A stretch of 22,127 bases of DNA from Ginkgo biloba. Lineage: Eukaryota > Plantae > Ginkgophyta. Position 1 is the stretch's first letter. Every line of letters starts with the position of its first letter. A program made the translations under genes and the position numbers. The stretch is taken from the NCBI GenBank assembly GCA_024626585.2, contig JANKJI020000004.1, positions 78,965,172 through 78,987,298 of the forward strand, in the 5' to 3' direction. Below the pieces are notes generated by a model. It saw only the letters and a list, made by a program, of their open reading frames with translations. It ran no database searches and was not told the DNA's origin. Below, one piece after another: positions 1-12,011 of the stretch.

Positions 1-344
1 CCTATTAGATTCACATTTCAAACTTCTAAACCTTGAACAATGCAATCTATACATATGATAATATAAGAATAAAATTGGGATGCATTTTTATCTTTAAGTA
101 TCACTTATATCTTAGCACTCAATCCAATCAATCAAAAAAAAAAATAAAAATCAATTGTTAGAAGAACTTAGAACTCAATTCTTTAATTATGTAAATAATT
201 ACTTGTGTTTAATACAATTCTTAATGCATGATTTTATTTGTATTTCTATTCTATTAATATAAAATATTAATTAAATAACCCTAAGGAAACCTTAACTAAA
301 TTGATGGTTAAGAAAGGGTGTGCATCCTTCAATCAATCATATGC

Positions 345-495
345 TAGAAAATTCATTAATTATCTAATATAATAAATACTATTACTCACATAGATAATAA
401 TTACTAACTAAGTTCATCACATGGCCTTAGTTATGTAATTATTTTTATAGAAATAATTGTGAGCATATAAAACTATATCGATGTGAACTGCCAAA
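345..495 (+). repeat. Dispersed repeat homologous to 21900-22065
   Basis: attactcacatagataataattactaactaagttcatcacatggccttagtta is nearly identical to 21947-21998, with weaker similarity on both flanks. Confidence 0.65.
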
Positions 496-599
496 ACATA
501 AACAATAATTGATGCATGACACATCAAACAAGATAGTGATTCTAGTGTAGTTGCATCATTGGTTTCTTTATGAACTTAGAGAGACGTTCAACCTTAGAG

Positions 600-2300
600 G
601 CTAGAAGAGATGCCCCACTAAAGAAAGTTACCAATCTCTTGCCTAAGAGCATATAGGGAGATCTTCCCCATATAACTCTAACCTATCCGTAAAAGACATC
701 ATTCAACAGGTCATGGGAAACCTTAAAGTGATATAGAAGGGACATTCATAGACCACCTTTTATAGGATCAATAAGTAATCCTATGTGATGCTTCTGTCAT
801 CCAAACATATACAGGTCCTGCACAAATGATCACTCCATTATATCATAATTCCTGAAGGTTTATTAGGCCTCCATACAATGGCACCTAACGTCTAATTGAG
901 AAATCATTCAATCAAGAAAGTTTCTATATCCAATTCTCTAATTTATATTACTTTATGAATAAATGAGGTTGCAAATAACAAACCTAATAGGCTTATAGGA
1001 TAAGGATTGCTCACCAATAGGATTTCCAAACCTTATCCTAATTGCTTCCAACAATTCTAGTGCCTCCTAGGCTTCTTCAATCTTCAAATGGTCTCCTTAA
1101 TTGAGTTGTTGCAAATCTACTTCTAATATATGGTTTCAAGACTACTTTGTGCAAGCCACACCAAATTCTTCTTCTAGTGAAACATGAACATGGAAAAATG
1201 GTGCTATAGCTCTATTTAGGACTCAANNNNNNNNNNNNNNNNNNNNNNNNNNNNNNNNNNNNNNNNNNNNNNNNNNNNNNNNNNNNNNNNNNNNNNNNNN
1301 NNNNNNNNNNNNNNNNNNNNNNNNNNTGTGCATGTTGCACGCATAGTGTCCATAAGCTCTATATATTATTGTATCATGATGCATTATGTAGTCAATCACA
1401 TTGTACACTATACGTGATTATTCTTTGTGAATATAGCATATTGATTTAGGGGTACATTCTACCCAATATTCTTGTGTGGATTATCTATAGTGTGATTGTT
1501 ATGTGAATGTTGATTTCCTACTTACTTGTGATCCTAAACTCNNNNNNNNNNNNNNNNNNNNNNNNNACTTCATCATCTCCAAGGGGTTTGGGCTCTGGTC
1601 CTTGCCTATCTTTTGATTTGGAATCCTCACTAGCTACCATACTATAGTAATTTAGGGTTTTTAATTTACTCAAAACAACATTGATTGCGAGCGTATTTTT
1701 GGGTGAAAAAATTGGCCTCCATCTCAATTGAACTCACATTCTTGGCTACTTCCTGACGCTCATACCATCTTTTGCTATTTGGAAAGGAGTAGACTAAATG
1801 GTGAGCCCAAGTTTGTAATGGAATACAATGTTGTTGCCATATGACTTTCCAACACTTCACATTGATTTGGCAGTAATGTTTCACTGATATGGGGGTAATC
1901 TTGGCATGTCAATACCATCAAAGTGAAGCTCAAAATGGTAGCACATTCGGACGATTCCTTGAAATCTTCAAAGTGAGTGAGGTACCACTTAAAAGCTTGG
2001 CCTTTTAATGTGAGGAGGAACATGGTCGTCCAAGTCTACCTTTCCATTGGTGGGCGTGATCCATCTATATCTCAATGCACCATTGAACGTGTTGTGTGCC
2101 ATTACAAGAACAAGAACAATCCACAAATTTAGGCACCTTCGTGGTAATGTGGGTTTGGTTACCGTTACGAACTCCTATGATTTCTATATCTTCTTTGACA
2201 ATGATTATGTTGCTTGAATATTTCGAGGTAGTTGATTCAAAATCATTTAGTATGTTATTGCATTCCTCTTCGTCTTCACCATATGACGTAGTAGGTTTTT
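600..2300 (-). mobile_element. Highly degenerate Ty3/gypsy internal region (gag-like segment followed by a weak RT-like segment), interrupted by gaps
   Basis: PKF...HVQWCIEI*...MFLLTLKGQAFKWY (~1975-2130) resembles the retrotransposon gag F..TL.G.A..WY motif. GLLIDPIK (~758-783) resembles the RT thumb GI..DP.K motif. The order gag then RT is consistent, but there are many stops and the boundaries are approximate. Confidence 0.4.
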
Positions 2301-2594
2301 TCCCTCGCTCGTGGTCATAAATGATTGTTTGATAGAAGCAATTATACATTTGTATGGTCTCATGCCCCGCTTGTAAACAATAAAACATTTGTTCTTGTAA
2401 TAGTCTCTCCTCTTAAACATGCATGCCAACACTATTAAGATCTCCAACATTGATAATCATTAGAGTACAAATGCATAAGAAATTTCATTTATATTAACGA
2501 CTAGCATACATTCAAGTACAACTCCATGACAGGATTAAAAGACTAGACCATTAGGGCAAGGGGAGACTTAGTAACTTGGGCTAACGTCCATTGT

Positions 2595-2732
2595 CGGCTA
2601 TCGGGGACCATCGAAAGGGCCTATTTGGCTAACAACCAAACCTCTGGCAGCAAATTCATATGCATTATTAGCACCAAATGGCTGTGATTGCTCCACTTGA
2701 TTACACCCCTTAACTCAACCAAGTAGGAGCAC
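2595..2732 (-). repeat. Dispersed repeat copy 1, probably the 3' part of a LINE
   Basis: Shares the core ...aaagggc.tatt...ccaaacctctggcagcaaa...tgca...agcacc...cacccttaac with 13645-13780 (same orientation) and 16764-16920 (opposite orientation). It lies directly downstream of the minus-strand LINE RT, across a gap. Confidence 0.55.
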
Positions 2733-2832
2733 NNNNNNNNNNNNNNNNNNNNNNNNNNNNNNNNNNNNNNNNNNNNNNNNNNNNNNNNNNNNNNNNNNNN
2801 NNNNNNNNNNNNNNNNNNNNNNNNNNNNNNNN

Positions 2833-3400
2833 CCTAAAGAGCCCAAAGGGTGGGGATTTTACACCATTCACTAAGACTTTGGTGGAGGTATTAGAAAATA
2901 ACACCCTAGTCATATTAAGAAAATATTCTCCAAAGCCTAAAGATGAGAATATCATAAGAATTAAGCCCCACTAAATTATATCATGCACCTTATCCAAGTC
3001 AATTTTTAAGAAGATAATATTTTTCCCTATTTGTCTAGTCCATTACATCCCTTAAAAAACACTAATAATATTGTTGAGATGTATATTCCTTTAAAAAAAC
3101 TAGTTTTCTCAACCCTGATAACTAAAGGGAGTATATACATTGTTATTTTAGTTATAGCCTTGGCTAGAATTTTGTATGATATATTAAGCAAGGTGATATG
3201 CCTCCAATTGGTGATCAAATTAGGTTCACCTAGATTAGAGATAAACTTGATGATGCCTTATTTTATTATGGGTCCCAGGGATCTAAACTTTAAAGATTCC
3301 TTATAATCCTTGAGTAAGAAAAGACTTAGCTAGTGACCTTATAAAATTCACATGGGAAGCCTTCCAATATGGGGGATATTTTATTTTACATATCCTTTAT
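2833..3400 (-). mobile_element. L1-clade LINE ORF2 reverse transcriptase remnant (frameshifted)
   Basis: NWRHITLLNISYKILAKAI...LPLVIRVEKTSFFKG matches NWRPITLLNxxYKILAK...I..EQTGF.KG. FLKIDLDKVHD matches LDFEKAYD. LGFGEYF...VLVNGVKSPPFGLFR precedes the expected RQGCPLSP, which falls in the 2733-2832 gap. Confidence 0.9.
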
Positions 3401-5511
3401 ATATCCTTAGAGTTATATTAAATCAATTGGAGTATCATAAATTTTGGCTTGGGAAGAATTGAGTTTGGTAGGCATAACTCTTCTGCAATGCCCAATGGCT
3501 GTAGGTGCTCGTGGGATTAACGCTAAGAACGAAAGACTTGCTCATAGTGCTCGTAGAACGCTTGAGCGATACCGTGGGTAGAGGCGATCTTGGAGTTGCC
3601 CTATCTAATGACTTGGATTTGCTCTGAAGTCTGCTTTGTTTTAAGTGCTTGAAAGAAATGCTTGGAGGGCCTACCTCCGACCTTGAGCCAGTGCAGTCTT
3701 GCTCAAATTGGAGCTCCTTAGGCTTTTCTAGTCTTGTTAGTTATCCTGTGGGTAACATTGGTGTTTTAAATGTTTGATAAGCTTACTTAAGTCCTCAACA
3801 TTCTTAGCCTCTTGCCATTCCTATTTCTTAGCCTCGCATAGGCTTACAGCCATCTGTTTTGGAGCTCTTGATTAGGGATATGATTCTAGCTTCCTATCTC
3901 CAAAATATGATTTTTATTGATCTTATAGCTGGGTCAAAAAAGTAAGGGGGTTTGATTGACAGCATATGAAGGCATAAGTGAGAGTCTTAGGCTGTGATGT
4001 GTTCAGTCTGTACCAGGAGTTTCCCTTAAGTTTCCCGAGTACAAATGTTTCACTCTTACCTTTAATGCTGAAATGTTTCTTGCTTCATGCACAATGTGTT
4101 CCAAAGTGATTATGGTTACAAGTTCAGTCACACTGACTCCAATCAGAAACAAAGCGATTCAAAAGGGAATGATTCTAATTTGCATTGACAATATGATTTG
4201 CATCACTTAGCCATATGGAAGAAAAGTTCAATTCAGTTTAAAGATCATCTTGGTTTGGTAAGACTTTTTCATGATGCTACTGTGCCAATTAGGATTTTCT
4301 GATGTAATATGCTGCATTGATTGTGTAACTTTTGGTTCTCTTGTATATGAAGTGATAGAGAACTAACCATTTCAAAAGATAAAGAATATTGCAGACAAGT
4401 CCCCAGAGATGTAAATCTGGGAAAATATGTTAATTTTCCATCCTCTTGCAAAAAAGGTGATAGCTTGATTGAAAGTAGCTCTCACCAATCAGTTGAGCAA
4501 TAGGAGATTTTGTCCTAGAAAACCATGGTATGCAATACTAGACAGTCTGGACAGTAGAGACAGTGGAAATTTATTCTCCAGTCCTGCAAGGGGTGAACAC
4601 CACAATTCACTCATCAAGAGTGGGCTGATCAAAACACAGACGGAAAAAAGAAAAGAGGAGGATATAACTTGAAGAAAGAATTCCTCTACATGACTTTCGA
4701 GAATTTTTCCATTTCTTGGAAGAAAAGAGAGTATTGAATCTGAAATGAAGAATTTATTGGACTGCAGAATGCCTGAAATCCTCAATTGAATTTCATAGAT
4801 ACCATTCTGTCATAAGACCAGAAAGATTTGCTCTAGTGACAAGGTCAGTAATTTCATTTTCATAGAGTCATGTATGTGTATGACTGCACACCTGCAAGTA
4901 GGATAAAAGCGTTTGGCGAAATGGGCCTTTTATTACCTAGACTGTGAGGTTAAGAACATGAATTATGATGGGAAGATCATGCAGAAAAACTCCTTGAAAC
5001 TGCTACAAAATTGAGGGCTTAGGGCTGGATCCTTTAAGCTAAAGATTACAATCTGGGAGCTATCAACATAAATCGCCACCTCAGTAAAATAAATATTGAA
5101 CTAGTTTTCAGTTTTGTTCCAAGTGAAATTCTGACATGAAACTAGCACTAGTTGAAGTGTAGATTAGGGATAGATATCCCAGGTATTTAGAGACCATTTC
5201 TCATGTCAAAGTACTAGTTTAATTTAATATTAATCAAGCGATGCACTTCATATCAAATATGACAAGAAAAGGGATGATTTACAATGGTATTATGTTCATA
5301 TAAACATGAACCTATAACTATGTAAAACGTTATGTGTAGAAAAGAACTTTTGAAAGCTTATGCTTTGCACATGTATTGTAAGTGCTTTTCTTCTCATCCA
5401 AGGAGAAAAGTTTTAAAATGAGAAGTGAAGTGTGTGTGAGAGTGTGGGCCTGGGGGTGTGGGTGAATAGACATCACTTCATGAAGAATAACAAATTCACT
5501 AAGATTCTTAC

Positions 5512-5588
5512 CTATAATACTTGAGCCCTTCATTAATTTCTGCTTCCCTTTTCCTCTTGAGCTCCATTTTCCGGATGTAGTTTTGCAT
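5512..5588 (-). CDS. MET1: Internal coding exon of chloroplastic MET1/ZKT; K-box/coiled-coil segment preceding the TPR
   Basis: Minus strand reads ttcttgcag|ATG CAA AAC TAC ... TAT TAT AG|gtaaga. The 77 nt give MQNYIRKMELKRKREAEINEGLKYY(R), matching recalled MQNYxxKKExKxxRExDLREGLxxxK. Acceptor and donor are strong, and strand and order agree with the 12012-12118 exon. Confidence 0.85.
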
Positions 5589-8499
5589 CTGCAAGAATTT
5601 CAGTTCCTAAGCCCTTTACGTATAGATTCAAACTTTTATCAAATAAGGAAAGTTTTATCATTTTCCATTATCTTCAAAATGAGTCAAAGAAGATGAAAAA
5701 TAGAGTTATAGTTTTCATGTTATGGTCAAAATAGTAACTACCTGTCATAAAGTGATAGAAATAGAGAGATGTTTTGGGAGGACATTTCCAACAACCATGT
5801 AATAACAAGATTGTTGAGATGCTACCATGACTCTTGTATGTCCATATTATAGGAAATAACATTATTCAAAATTCCTTTTTCAGGGGATTGGAAATCTAAG
5901 TTAAAAACTTATAATTTTATTGTTGTTTTTTCTTTCTAGATATGGATCTAGATTTTTGTACTCTACTTTTTTGTTACTATGGGAAGAAAGGAATACTTCC
6001 ATAGTTATAAAGGGGAATAGGTATTTCTAAATATATAGAGTGAGAGAGAGAGTCTTTGAAGACTGGAAAAATCTCTACATAACCCATTGAAAATGATGGT
6101 TACTATGCAAGAACTTTATAGTGTTATGGATTATTGATATAATCCATAGGCATAGTGATTGTACTCTTTATTTTTTAAAGGAATTAATAGAATTATAAAA
6201 TTTTATTCCCTAAGAGGGTTTCCTTAGTAAGAAAAAATTTGTTCTCTATGTATGGATTTGGTCTTTAATGTGTGTGTGTCTAATTATTATTTTTGAATTT
6301 TTGTATTTAATTTAGTAGGGATTACATGAATTTTCAAACACAATAGTTTAGTTATTAAAAAAATAATAATAATTAATGAATCTATAGTTCATTATTTTGG
6401 GATATTTTGAATCTCCCACTAAGGTATAGATCAATCTCTTACTAATTGTGAGGGAATAATATTATCCATTAATGGCTTAGGAAGTGAAGGATATGACTCA
6501 ATAAGAAGAGGAGGAATAGGAGTATGTGAAGATATTATTTTTGAGCTCGTTCTCATGTGACCACTATTATCTCCTCAATTTTGGTGGATATATTTTTTAT
6601 TAGGTTGATGAGTTTAGAAATTGTTTTCTTTCCATATATTTTTAGAGCCTTAGATGATTAAGGTTCACAATTTGGATTAGGACAAATCTTTGATACATCA
6701 GAGACTTGCTTATAATAAATGATCATTTTTTATGGTTTTAGATAACCTTTATCTTCCTCTTCTTATTTGGAAGAGAAATAAGAGTTATATGGTCATTTGG
6801 ATTTCTTATTTTTATNNNNNNNNNNNNNNNNNNNNNNNNNNNNNNNNNNNNNNNNNNNNNNNNNNNNNNNNNNNNNNNNNNNNNNNNNNNNNNNNNNNNN
6901 NNNNNNNNNNNNNNNCTCTTATCAATTGAAGCTCCTCTGGAACCAAGCTTGCCTTGATGTAGTCTTGCATGGTCTATACCATCAACCAAAGTTTGCAAAA
7001 ATGAAGAAATTAAATATTAAAGAGAATAGTAATCTAGGTATTGAATTTGCTTCGATACTCGCCATCATTATGAAAAAGGAAGGTGTTGTCGCACAACATT
7101 CCCTTTCTAGGGGATTCATTAGAGACATTTTGAGCATATTTTAGTTGGTACCAAGATCCCCTAACCAATAATAATACTAGATATTAGTGCCATTGCTAGA
7201 GTTTATAGAACTTGTATATATGTATATATGTTTTTATTATTTATTTTGTAATTAATGAACTATATCCTCTTAAGAGGAGTGAACAAACCTTCTCAACATG
7301 CCCTAGTAGTGGATTTGTTAACATTTATATTTTGACCAAGATTTGTAATGAGCATTATTCTTTTAATACATGATAGGATGTTGATCATCGACCTATCTCT
7401 GACCTATCACCTGAGTGTTCATTTTCTTGCCTCTACTATTTTCCATTTTCATCATCATCAACCATCAATCATCCCCATCGACCAGTTGTCGATTTAAAAT
7501 AAAGGGTACAAAATACCTAAAAATCAAAACAACATATATGAAAAAGCCTAAAAAAGGCCAAAAAACTGATCTGAGGGATCAATTTTACCCCTCTTATGGA
7601 AACCACAATCCCAAGTAACGAAGTCGTAAACTTGGGCAGTAGAAGGAATTTTTTTTTTTAAATAAAGAAAATAAAATTGATCGGTATAAAAAATTGAATC
7701 AATCTATTCACCATTATTTTCCTTGATCCTAATTGATTCGTCCTTTGGATAGATCTGCCTCACCATTGTTGACGTATTGATACCTCTCCACTCACATCTT
7801 GGTAGTTAAGAAGCATGATTGAGGAGAATTTACAACAATTTTCTTTTGATTTGAGACCTAGATTTTTAGTTGCAACAGAGTTGGAAAGATTCAATCAGAG
7901 GATGGAAGCCAAGCCCTTAAACAACTAGTGGGAGAGGAGCCGACATGAGTAGACCTCCTTTCAGCATTAGATATGATTAGTAAGTTTTACAAACTAGTTG
8001 TTGGAAATTAGCTTTGTTTGAAATTAGTTACATTCTAGGGCATCACAAAAGAATCACTATCTACATAAATTAGATTAGAGGAAATACAGAGCATATTTAG
8101 GTTCATCTGTAGATTAGGGATCATACATGAAATTTGCCTTTACTTCTATTTTTATTTAAAATTCAATTTGAATTAAAAATTGCTAAGTTAGGTCATTGAA
8201 ACAAATTAAGGAATTCTGCATTTTAGGGAAAAGAACCAATTGTTAGGTTCTATNNNNNNNNNNNNNNNNNNNNNNNNNNNNNNNNNNNNNNNNNNNNNNN
8301 NNNNNNNNNNNNNNNNNNNNNNNNNNNNNNNNNNNNNNNNNNNNNNNNNNNNNTGCATAATGTATGGAATCTATGTGCAATATGTGCGCATAATCTCAAT
8401 GTATAAACTTAGTTTCTAACCATGGATCTCGACTTTGTTCACCTAGTCGGGTCCACAAAATTGAAATGCTTGTGACACCCGTCAAGTTGTGAAAGAAGA

Positions 8500-8790
8500 T
8501 TGGGAATATCCTCGCAGGTTACTTATGACTTAAAGTCTCAAAAACAGGTGGAAAGTCTTCCCATGGATTTTGCCACTTCATTGCCAAAGATTCAAAAAAA
8601 TTGTGATCAAATATTGGTTTCAGTGGATAGGCAAACCACGATGGCAAGGTTCATTTCTTGGAAGATGACACGTAAGACATTACATTGCCAAGATTTTGAT
8701 AACCGTAATCTTCACCAAGTTTTGGGTACCAATGAACATCATCAATGACATGGACCCCAAATTTACAAGGAAGTTGTGGATGTATATCCT
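8500..8790 (+). mobile_element. Ty3/gypsy integrase catalytic core (rve) remnant
   Basis: ESLPMDFATSLPKIQKNCDQILVSVDRQTTMARFIS matches WESISMDFITGLP...D.ILVVVDRLTKMAHFIP. After a frameshift, NIINDMDPKFTRKLW matches IISDRDPKFTS.FW. Confidence 0.88.
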
Positions 8791-10179
8791 TTACAACCCA
8801 AGAAATTTATACAAGTGAAGTTCAAATAAAGAAATTCTACAAAGGAAGAAGTTTGATGAATTTTGTGGACCATTTTCTTGCATGATACTTTTGGGCTAAT
8901 AAATGGTATCTTTTGCTCAAATCTTTATGGCCATTGTGTAGGGCTACGTTTTTTTCCCTTTGAAATGAGTGCTTGTATGATAGGGTTTGACCTCTAGGCA
9001 AGGACATTGTGGCCTTCTAAAGATTGGGTTTTCGTTAGGGCTAGCTAACAAGACAGGGACATGTGGCAGCACAGGGAGGTTTACCCAATCAATGATCAGC
9101 TCAACCTAGGTTAACCAACTGCCTAAAATGATATGTTCTGGTTATATCTAGAAAAGAAACTACAACTTTTCATCATCATCAATTATGTTTCCTCTTGCTT
9201 TACATCTTGGAGAACTTCGAACTACTATAAAAGCTTTGTTGAAGTTGTTGGTGCTGATTTTCTAGAAGCTTATTGGAAGCTGTCAAATAAAACTTTTGAA
9301 GTTGCTGAAGCTTATTTGGAATTTGATGTTGAAGCTAATTTTGATGTTGTGTGATAGTAAAATTGTTGTTGCTAGGGTTTGCTCTGCTCCAGAGAACACA
9401 AATTTGTTGTTTTAAGGACAAAAGGCAATGGGAAGGTGGTTGTTATTGACTGGAAAGTGTTGGTAACTTTATCAAGTGATGTTCTGACCCTGTTTCCTTT
9501 CAAATCTGCATATTTTCTTCTTGATCCTTCATTTTCATGCAGGATAGAGCCTTGTGAGATTAGCAACAGGGGTATCTGTTTCATTTGTGTCATTTATTTC
9601 AGTTAACATTTTCTTTTACAAACATAGATTTGCATAAATAAAAAGCTACAATTATATGTTTTCTGAACAGTTAGTTGGCAGGGATGGGTAATGTTGCTCC
9701 ATGGTTAAATGAAAGATTTTTAAGGTTGTGATAGTCATGTGAATTGTTACATGCTTAAAAACCATAACTTGTNNNNNNNNNNNNNNNNNNNNNNNNNNNN
9801 NNNNNNNNNNNNNNNNNNNNNNNNNNNNNNNNNNNNNNNNNNNNNNNNNNNNNNNNNNNNNNNNNNNNNNNNTTAGCAAAATAACTATACAATACAACTC
9901 TGTGACTCTAAATATCCAATGACAGAGGAAATTATATGCACCCTCATGGTGCTATACGAAAGATTGGTTCTCGAGGCCCATGAGATGCCTCTCTTAGCGA
10001 TTCCCTCAAGGTACACTCTCTATAGCTCCATGACGTATATCACCCATGCACTAACCTTAGTCTTTCCCACTGGACGTAAATTTCACTTTGCCCACTATAG
10101 TTCCAATTCTATTCAGCCTCTGTCCTGCTTGCCTCACACTATCTCCTTACTCGCTCTCCAATTCGATAACACTTCTTTG

Positions 10180-10200
10180 CTCTCTCTCTCTCTCTCTCTC
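10180..10200. repeat. (CT)10 microsatellite
   Basis: Directly visible ctctctctctctctctctctc. Confidence 0.9.
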
Positions 10201-10629
10201 CAAATTGTCTCTCCACACTTGATCTATGCTCGATCATCAATTTAGCAGCATTTCACTACTCTCTCTATAATTATCCCTCAAACTCATCTGCGTACTTTAA
10301 TTTATAGCTTTAGATCGATGGATCCAATGTTCATGTGTAACGACTCCTTCCATACCCAACGAATGGGTTAGATGAGCCTTCAAGCCACAACAACCTCATC
10401 ATTTAATGCTCCAACAATTTGGGTGTGCTTTCTTCCTTCGGTTACACCAGATGTGTGCATCTATAATAATTGCATTCGATGACTAAGATCCTTCGGCTTT
10501 TGCCTTCTTTTCTGACGCCAGTCGATTTTCATCTCACCGACGCAAGTCGGATATCATTCCACTCATGAATGAATAATTCGAGAGTGACTTAATTCACATT
10601 TTAGCCTTTATTCTTTGAGTCACCCTGCC

Positions 10630-11075
10630 ATCTGACGCATGTCAACTGATGCTCTGCGGACGCTCGTCGGTCCACGGATCCTCCACCGACCATGTCAGTT
10701 TGCTACTCTGTTGACAATGTCGGTTCTTCCCTTCACTGATGCTCGTCGGTTTACCTTCATCCGATGCACGTCGTCTCACTATTCACCGACACTCGTTGGT
10801 TTACTTTGTTAATGATGTCAGTACTTTCGTTCACCGACGCTAATTGGTTTACTCATCCAACGCCTATCAGTTCACAGTTCACTAACGCTCGTCAGTTTAT
10901 TATGCCGATAATGTCAATTCTTTCTCTACCAACGCTCGTCAGTTTTGCCTTCATCTGATGCCTGTTAGTTCATTGTTCACTGACGCTAGTCGATTTACTG
11001 CGTCGACGATGTCAATTCTTCTTTTATCGACACTCGTCAATTTTTCTTTGGCTGACGCCTGTCGGTCTACTGACA
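10630..11075. repeat. Degenerate tandem repeat of ~96-98 bp higher-order units built from ~22-26 bp subunits with a CCGAC-N(3-4)-GTCGG palindrome; probably part of an LTR
   Basis: Units start near 10761, 10858, 10955 and 11052 (ccgatgcacgtcg / ccaacgcctatcag / ctgatgcctgttag / ctgacgcctgtcgg). The short ORFs here show the same periodicity (SLFTDTRWFT / SQFTNARQFI / SLFTDASRFT). Confidence 0.8.
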
Positions 11076-12011
11076 CAATATGCACCGGATGCTCCTGGAT
11101 AAAAAATAAGGCCATATATTTATGGATTATTATTAGTTAGATTGTCTTATAATTTTTGTTTACTTGTTTATAGTGTTGTAAGGTAGAAATTGCTAAATGG
11201 TTATTGAATGATATTCTCCAACCTTAAGGGATGCATCTAAATCATTCAAATGACATAAAAAATCCTATAAAACATAAAAAATTTAAAAATCATTTGCTAG
11301 CATTTTATTGACTTAAAATACATAATATTCTCCTTTTTTTGTACTTTGTGATCTTCAATTTTTTGGTATTGGGATAGCCTAGCTGCTTTCAGTGACCAGC
11401 ATTGCAAAAACATAAACAGCTAGGCCATCTTCATCGTTGTATTGCATTTATTGATTTTATTCTACTTGTAATTTACCCTTGTGTTACCTGGGTGTTACCT
11501 AGACTTATGTAGGGTGGGCATGCTTTAAGAACTTGCCACTAATATATGAACACACCTTCACTTTTTCCAGTCCCATTGACCACTTTTGATCATGTGTAGG
11601 CATTAATACAATTTCTAATTTTCTCTATTCTAATAACTTTGCAAACGCTTGTCATCAAGCATTTATTCTTTACATTAGAAGAAAGACAGTATCTGTAAAA
11701 AGGAAAAAGGAGAAAATAGCAAATGATGTGCAAATTTATTGGTTCTTATGTAAACAACAAATAATAAGGTTGTTTTTGTAACATATATTCTTTATATATC
11801 AAAACTTTACTACCAACCAGAATATTAAAGAACACTTAGCACATTAGAGCTTTGACATTGAGATTATAAACTTAGAATGCCTTACAAACAAAATAAAGCA
11901 CCCCATCACCAGACTGTACAAGACGTTAAGTATAACTAGTGATCAAAATGAACAAATGTCAAATACAGATCCTTACACCGATTATAGCTTAAGAGAGGTT
12001 TGTGAGCTAAC

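Noticed and set aside
4802-4890. Exon-like segment on the minus strand (ttgcag|VCSHTHT*LYENEITDLVTRANLSGLMTEW|gt)
   Set aside because: It has an in-frame stop, does not resemble MET1, and no consistent partner exons were found. Probably chance splice-like sites.
5100-5135. tcag|...ISLGTKLK as the SVLGSKP part of the TPR exon
   Set aside because: It lacks the preceding GKYEEAL and the following YNVACCYS motifs.
7145-7160. TGGTACCAAGATC as a tRNA-Met primer binding site
   Set aside because: Poor match to TGGTATCAGAGC and no adjacent LTR ending in CA.
7940-7985. IISNAERRS on the minus strand as the missing IIRAERNS exon
   Set aside because: Only AER matches, there are no suitable splice sites, and the flanking residues disagree.
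9133-10245. Short ORFs of 73-108 aa
   Set aside because: No recognisable domain; low-complexity or LTR-like sequence, one running through a microsatellite.
10630-11075. CRISPR-like array of palindromic repeats
   Set aside because: The spacers are themselves repeated in a higher-order unit, repeats are degenerate, there are no cas genes, and the context is eukaryotic.
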